The notes beneath the pieces are model-generated. The model worked only from the letters and a program-made list of their open reading frames with translations, was not told the origin of the DNA and did no database searches. From Solirubrobacterales bacterium (GTDB taxonomy: Bacteria; Actinomycetota; Thermoleophilia; Solirubrobacterales; 70-9): a stretch of DNA of 64,000 nt. Below are positions 62,857 to 64,000 of the stretch, one piece after another. The first letter of the stretch is position 1, and each line of letters opens with the position of its first letter. A program made the position numbers and the translations under genes. The stretch lies in contig JBJMKN010000066.1 in assembly GCA_045805765.1 (NCBI GenBank), positions 1,377 through 65,376 of the forward strand, read 5' to 3'.

Positions 62857-64000
62857 CTAGACGTCCCTCGCCGTCAGGTCCTCGTAGGTCTCGCGCCGCA
62901 CGACCACGCGCGAGGAGCCGTCGCGGCAGAAGACGACGGGTGGCCGCGGCACCCCGTTGTAGTTGTTCGCCATCGCGTAACCGTAGGCGCCGGTCGCGGG
63001 CGTGACCAGGACGTCGCCGACGGCGGGCTCGGCCAGCATCGTGTCGCGGACGATCACGTCGCCGGACTCGCAGTGCATCCCGGCGACCGTCACCAGCGTC
63101 TCCGGCGGCGCGGCGGCGCGGTCGGCGACGAGCGCCTCGTAGACGGAGCCGTAGAGCATCGGCCGCAGGTTGTCGGACATGCCGCCGTCGACTGCGACGT
63201 AGGTGCGGACGCCGGGGATCTCCTTGACGGTCCCTACTCGGTAGGCGGTGACGCCGGCGTTGGCGACGAGCGAGCGCCCCGGCTCGACCAGGATCCGGAC
63301 GTCGGGGCCGAAGACCTCGGCGACGCCGCGGGCCTTGACGTCGACGTAGGCGTCGATCGAGGGCGGCTCGTCCTCGGCGGTGTAGGCGACCCCGAGGCCG
63401 CCGCCGACGTTGACGACCCGGCACCAGTCGCCGGCCAGCTCGCCGAGCGCCTGGATCGCCAGCTTGTAAGGCTCCAGCTCGAAGATCTGGGAGCCGATGT
63501 GGGCGTGCAGCCCGACCAGCTCGAGCTTCTCGGAGGCGAGCACCCGCTCGACCGCCTTGGCCGCCAGCCCATCCTCCAGCCCGAAGCCGAACTTGGAGTC
63601 CAGCTGGCCGGTGGTGATGTAGTCGTGGGTCGAGGGCTTGATCCCGGGGGTGACGCGGATCAGCACCTTCTGCGGTTCGTCGAGGATGCGCTCGCAGCGC
63701 TCGATCTCGTCGAAGGAGTCGAGGATCAGGTGGCGGATCCCGGCCCGGGCGGCGATGAGGATCTCCTCCTCGGACTTGTTGTTGCCGTGCATGTGGATGC
63801 GGCCGGGACCGAAGCCCGCGCGCAGCGCCATGTGCAGCTCGCCGCCGGAGGCGACGTCGACCGAGAGCCCCTCCTCCGCGAAGAGCCGGTAGGCGGCGGT
63901 GCAGGGCAGGGACTTGCTGGCGAAGAGGATCTCGAACTCGGCGCCGCGGCTCTCGAATGCCTCGCGGTAGGCGCGGGCGCGGGCGCGCATGTCGTCCTCG
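62857..64000 (-). CDS. lysA: Diaminopimelate decarboxylase; N-terminus runs off the window
   Basis: ORF 62857..63990, and the frame continues open to the window edge. FASKSLPC (PLP-Lys region), HMHGNNKS, GGGLGVAY, EPGRSLVANAG, CESGD. Confidence 0.9.
   Translation of the reverse strand, partial: EDDMRARARAYREAFESRGAEFEILFASKSLPCTAAYRLFAEEGLSVDVASGGELHMALRAGFGPGRIHMHGNNKSEEEILIAARAGIRHLILDSFDEIERCERILDEPQKVLIRVTPGIKPSTHDYITTGQLDSKFGFGLEDGLAAKAVERVLASEKLELVGLHAHIGSQIFELEPYKLAIQALGELAGDWCRVVNVGGGLGVAYTAEDEPPSIDAYVDVKARGVAEVFGPDVRILVEPGRSLVANAGVTAYRVGTVKEIPGVRTYVAVDGGMSDNLRPMLYGSVYEALVADRAAAPPETLVTVAGMHCESGDVIVRDTMLAEPAVGDVLVTPATGAYGYAMANNYNGVPRPPVVFCRDGSSRVVVRRETYEDLTARDV

Overview
This is a gene-dense, very high-GC segment, well above 65% GC by eye. 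The gene content suggests an actinobacterial-type chromosome: MarP, Mec/CysO/CysM, WS/DGAT, a DipZ-like protein, lysA-hom-thrC-thrB, frequent GTG/TTG starts and 1-13 nt gene overlaps. That taxonomic call is inference only. Most of the window is core metabolism and housekeeping:
- a membrane-anchored PQQ quinohemoprotein dehydrogenase (runs off the left edge);
- a tightly coupled glycosyltransferase / coiled-coil / nadB / hydantoinase A-B block;
- a DUF1802 gene pair;
- a sulfur-carrier cysteine pathway (cysM-mec and moeZ-cysO) split by a polar amino-acid ABC importer;
- htpX divergent from a DesK/NarL-type two-component system;
- a rearranged SUF Fe-S locus (Rrf2-sufCSU, opposite-strand VOC gene, Rieske-sufBD, distant sufT);
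- a four-gene membrane/lipoprotein operon of unknown function;
- ispH, WS/DGAT, fxsA, zwf, an AddAB/AdnAB-type helicase-nuclease, xseAB, marP, a class B PBP, a zinc-ribbon FHA protein and a stand-alone gltB;
- lysA-hom-thrC-thrB (lysA runs off the right edge).

I found no rRNA, tRNA, CRISPR array, transposase or integrase. Many long ORFs in the six-frame track are antisense or out-of-frame high-GC artefacts and were rejected.

I do not see an unambiguous large novel system. The best candidates for a second look are:
1. a visibly low-GC islet (33.36-35.19 kb) with an HTH / minimal-nucleotidyltransferase pair and its own palindromic operator;
2. an 82-nt near-perfect palindrome embedded in-frame in addA;
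3. the uncharacterised membrane operon at 25.9-28.2 kb, including an unlisted 45-aa ORF that shares an N-terminal LPLAH motif with the large membrane protein;
4. a roughly 27-nt motif shared by the two suf promoters;
5. unusual features of the CysO pathway: a GG-AS tail on CysO, a rhodanese-first MoeZ, and two co-transcribed DUF2007 membrane proteins.

All family assignments come from motif recognition in the translations, not from database searches.
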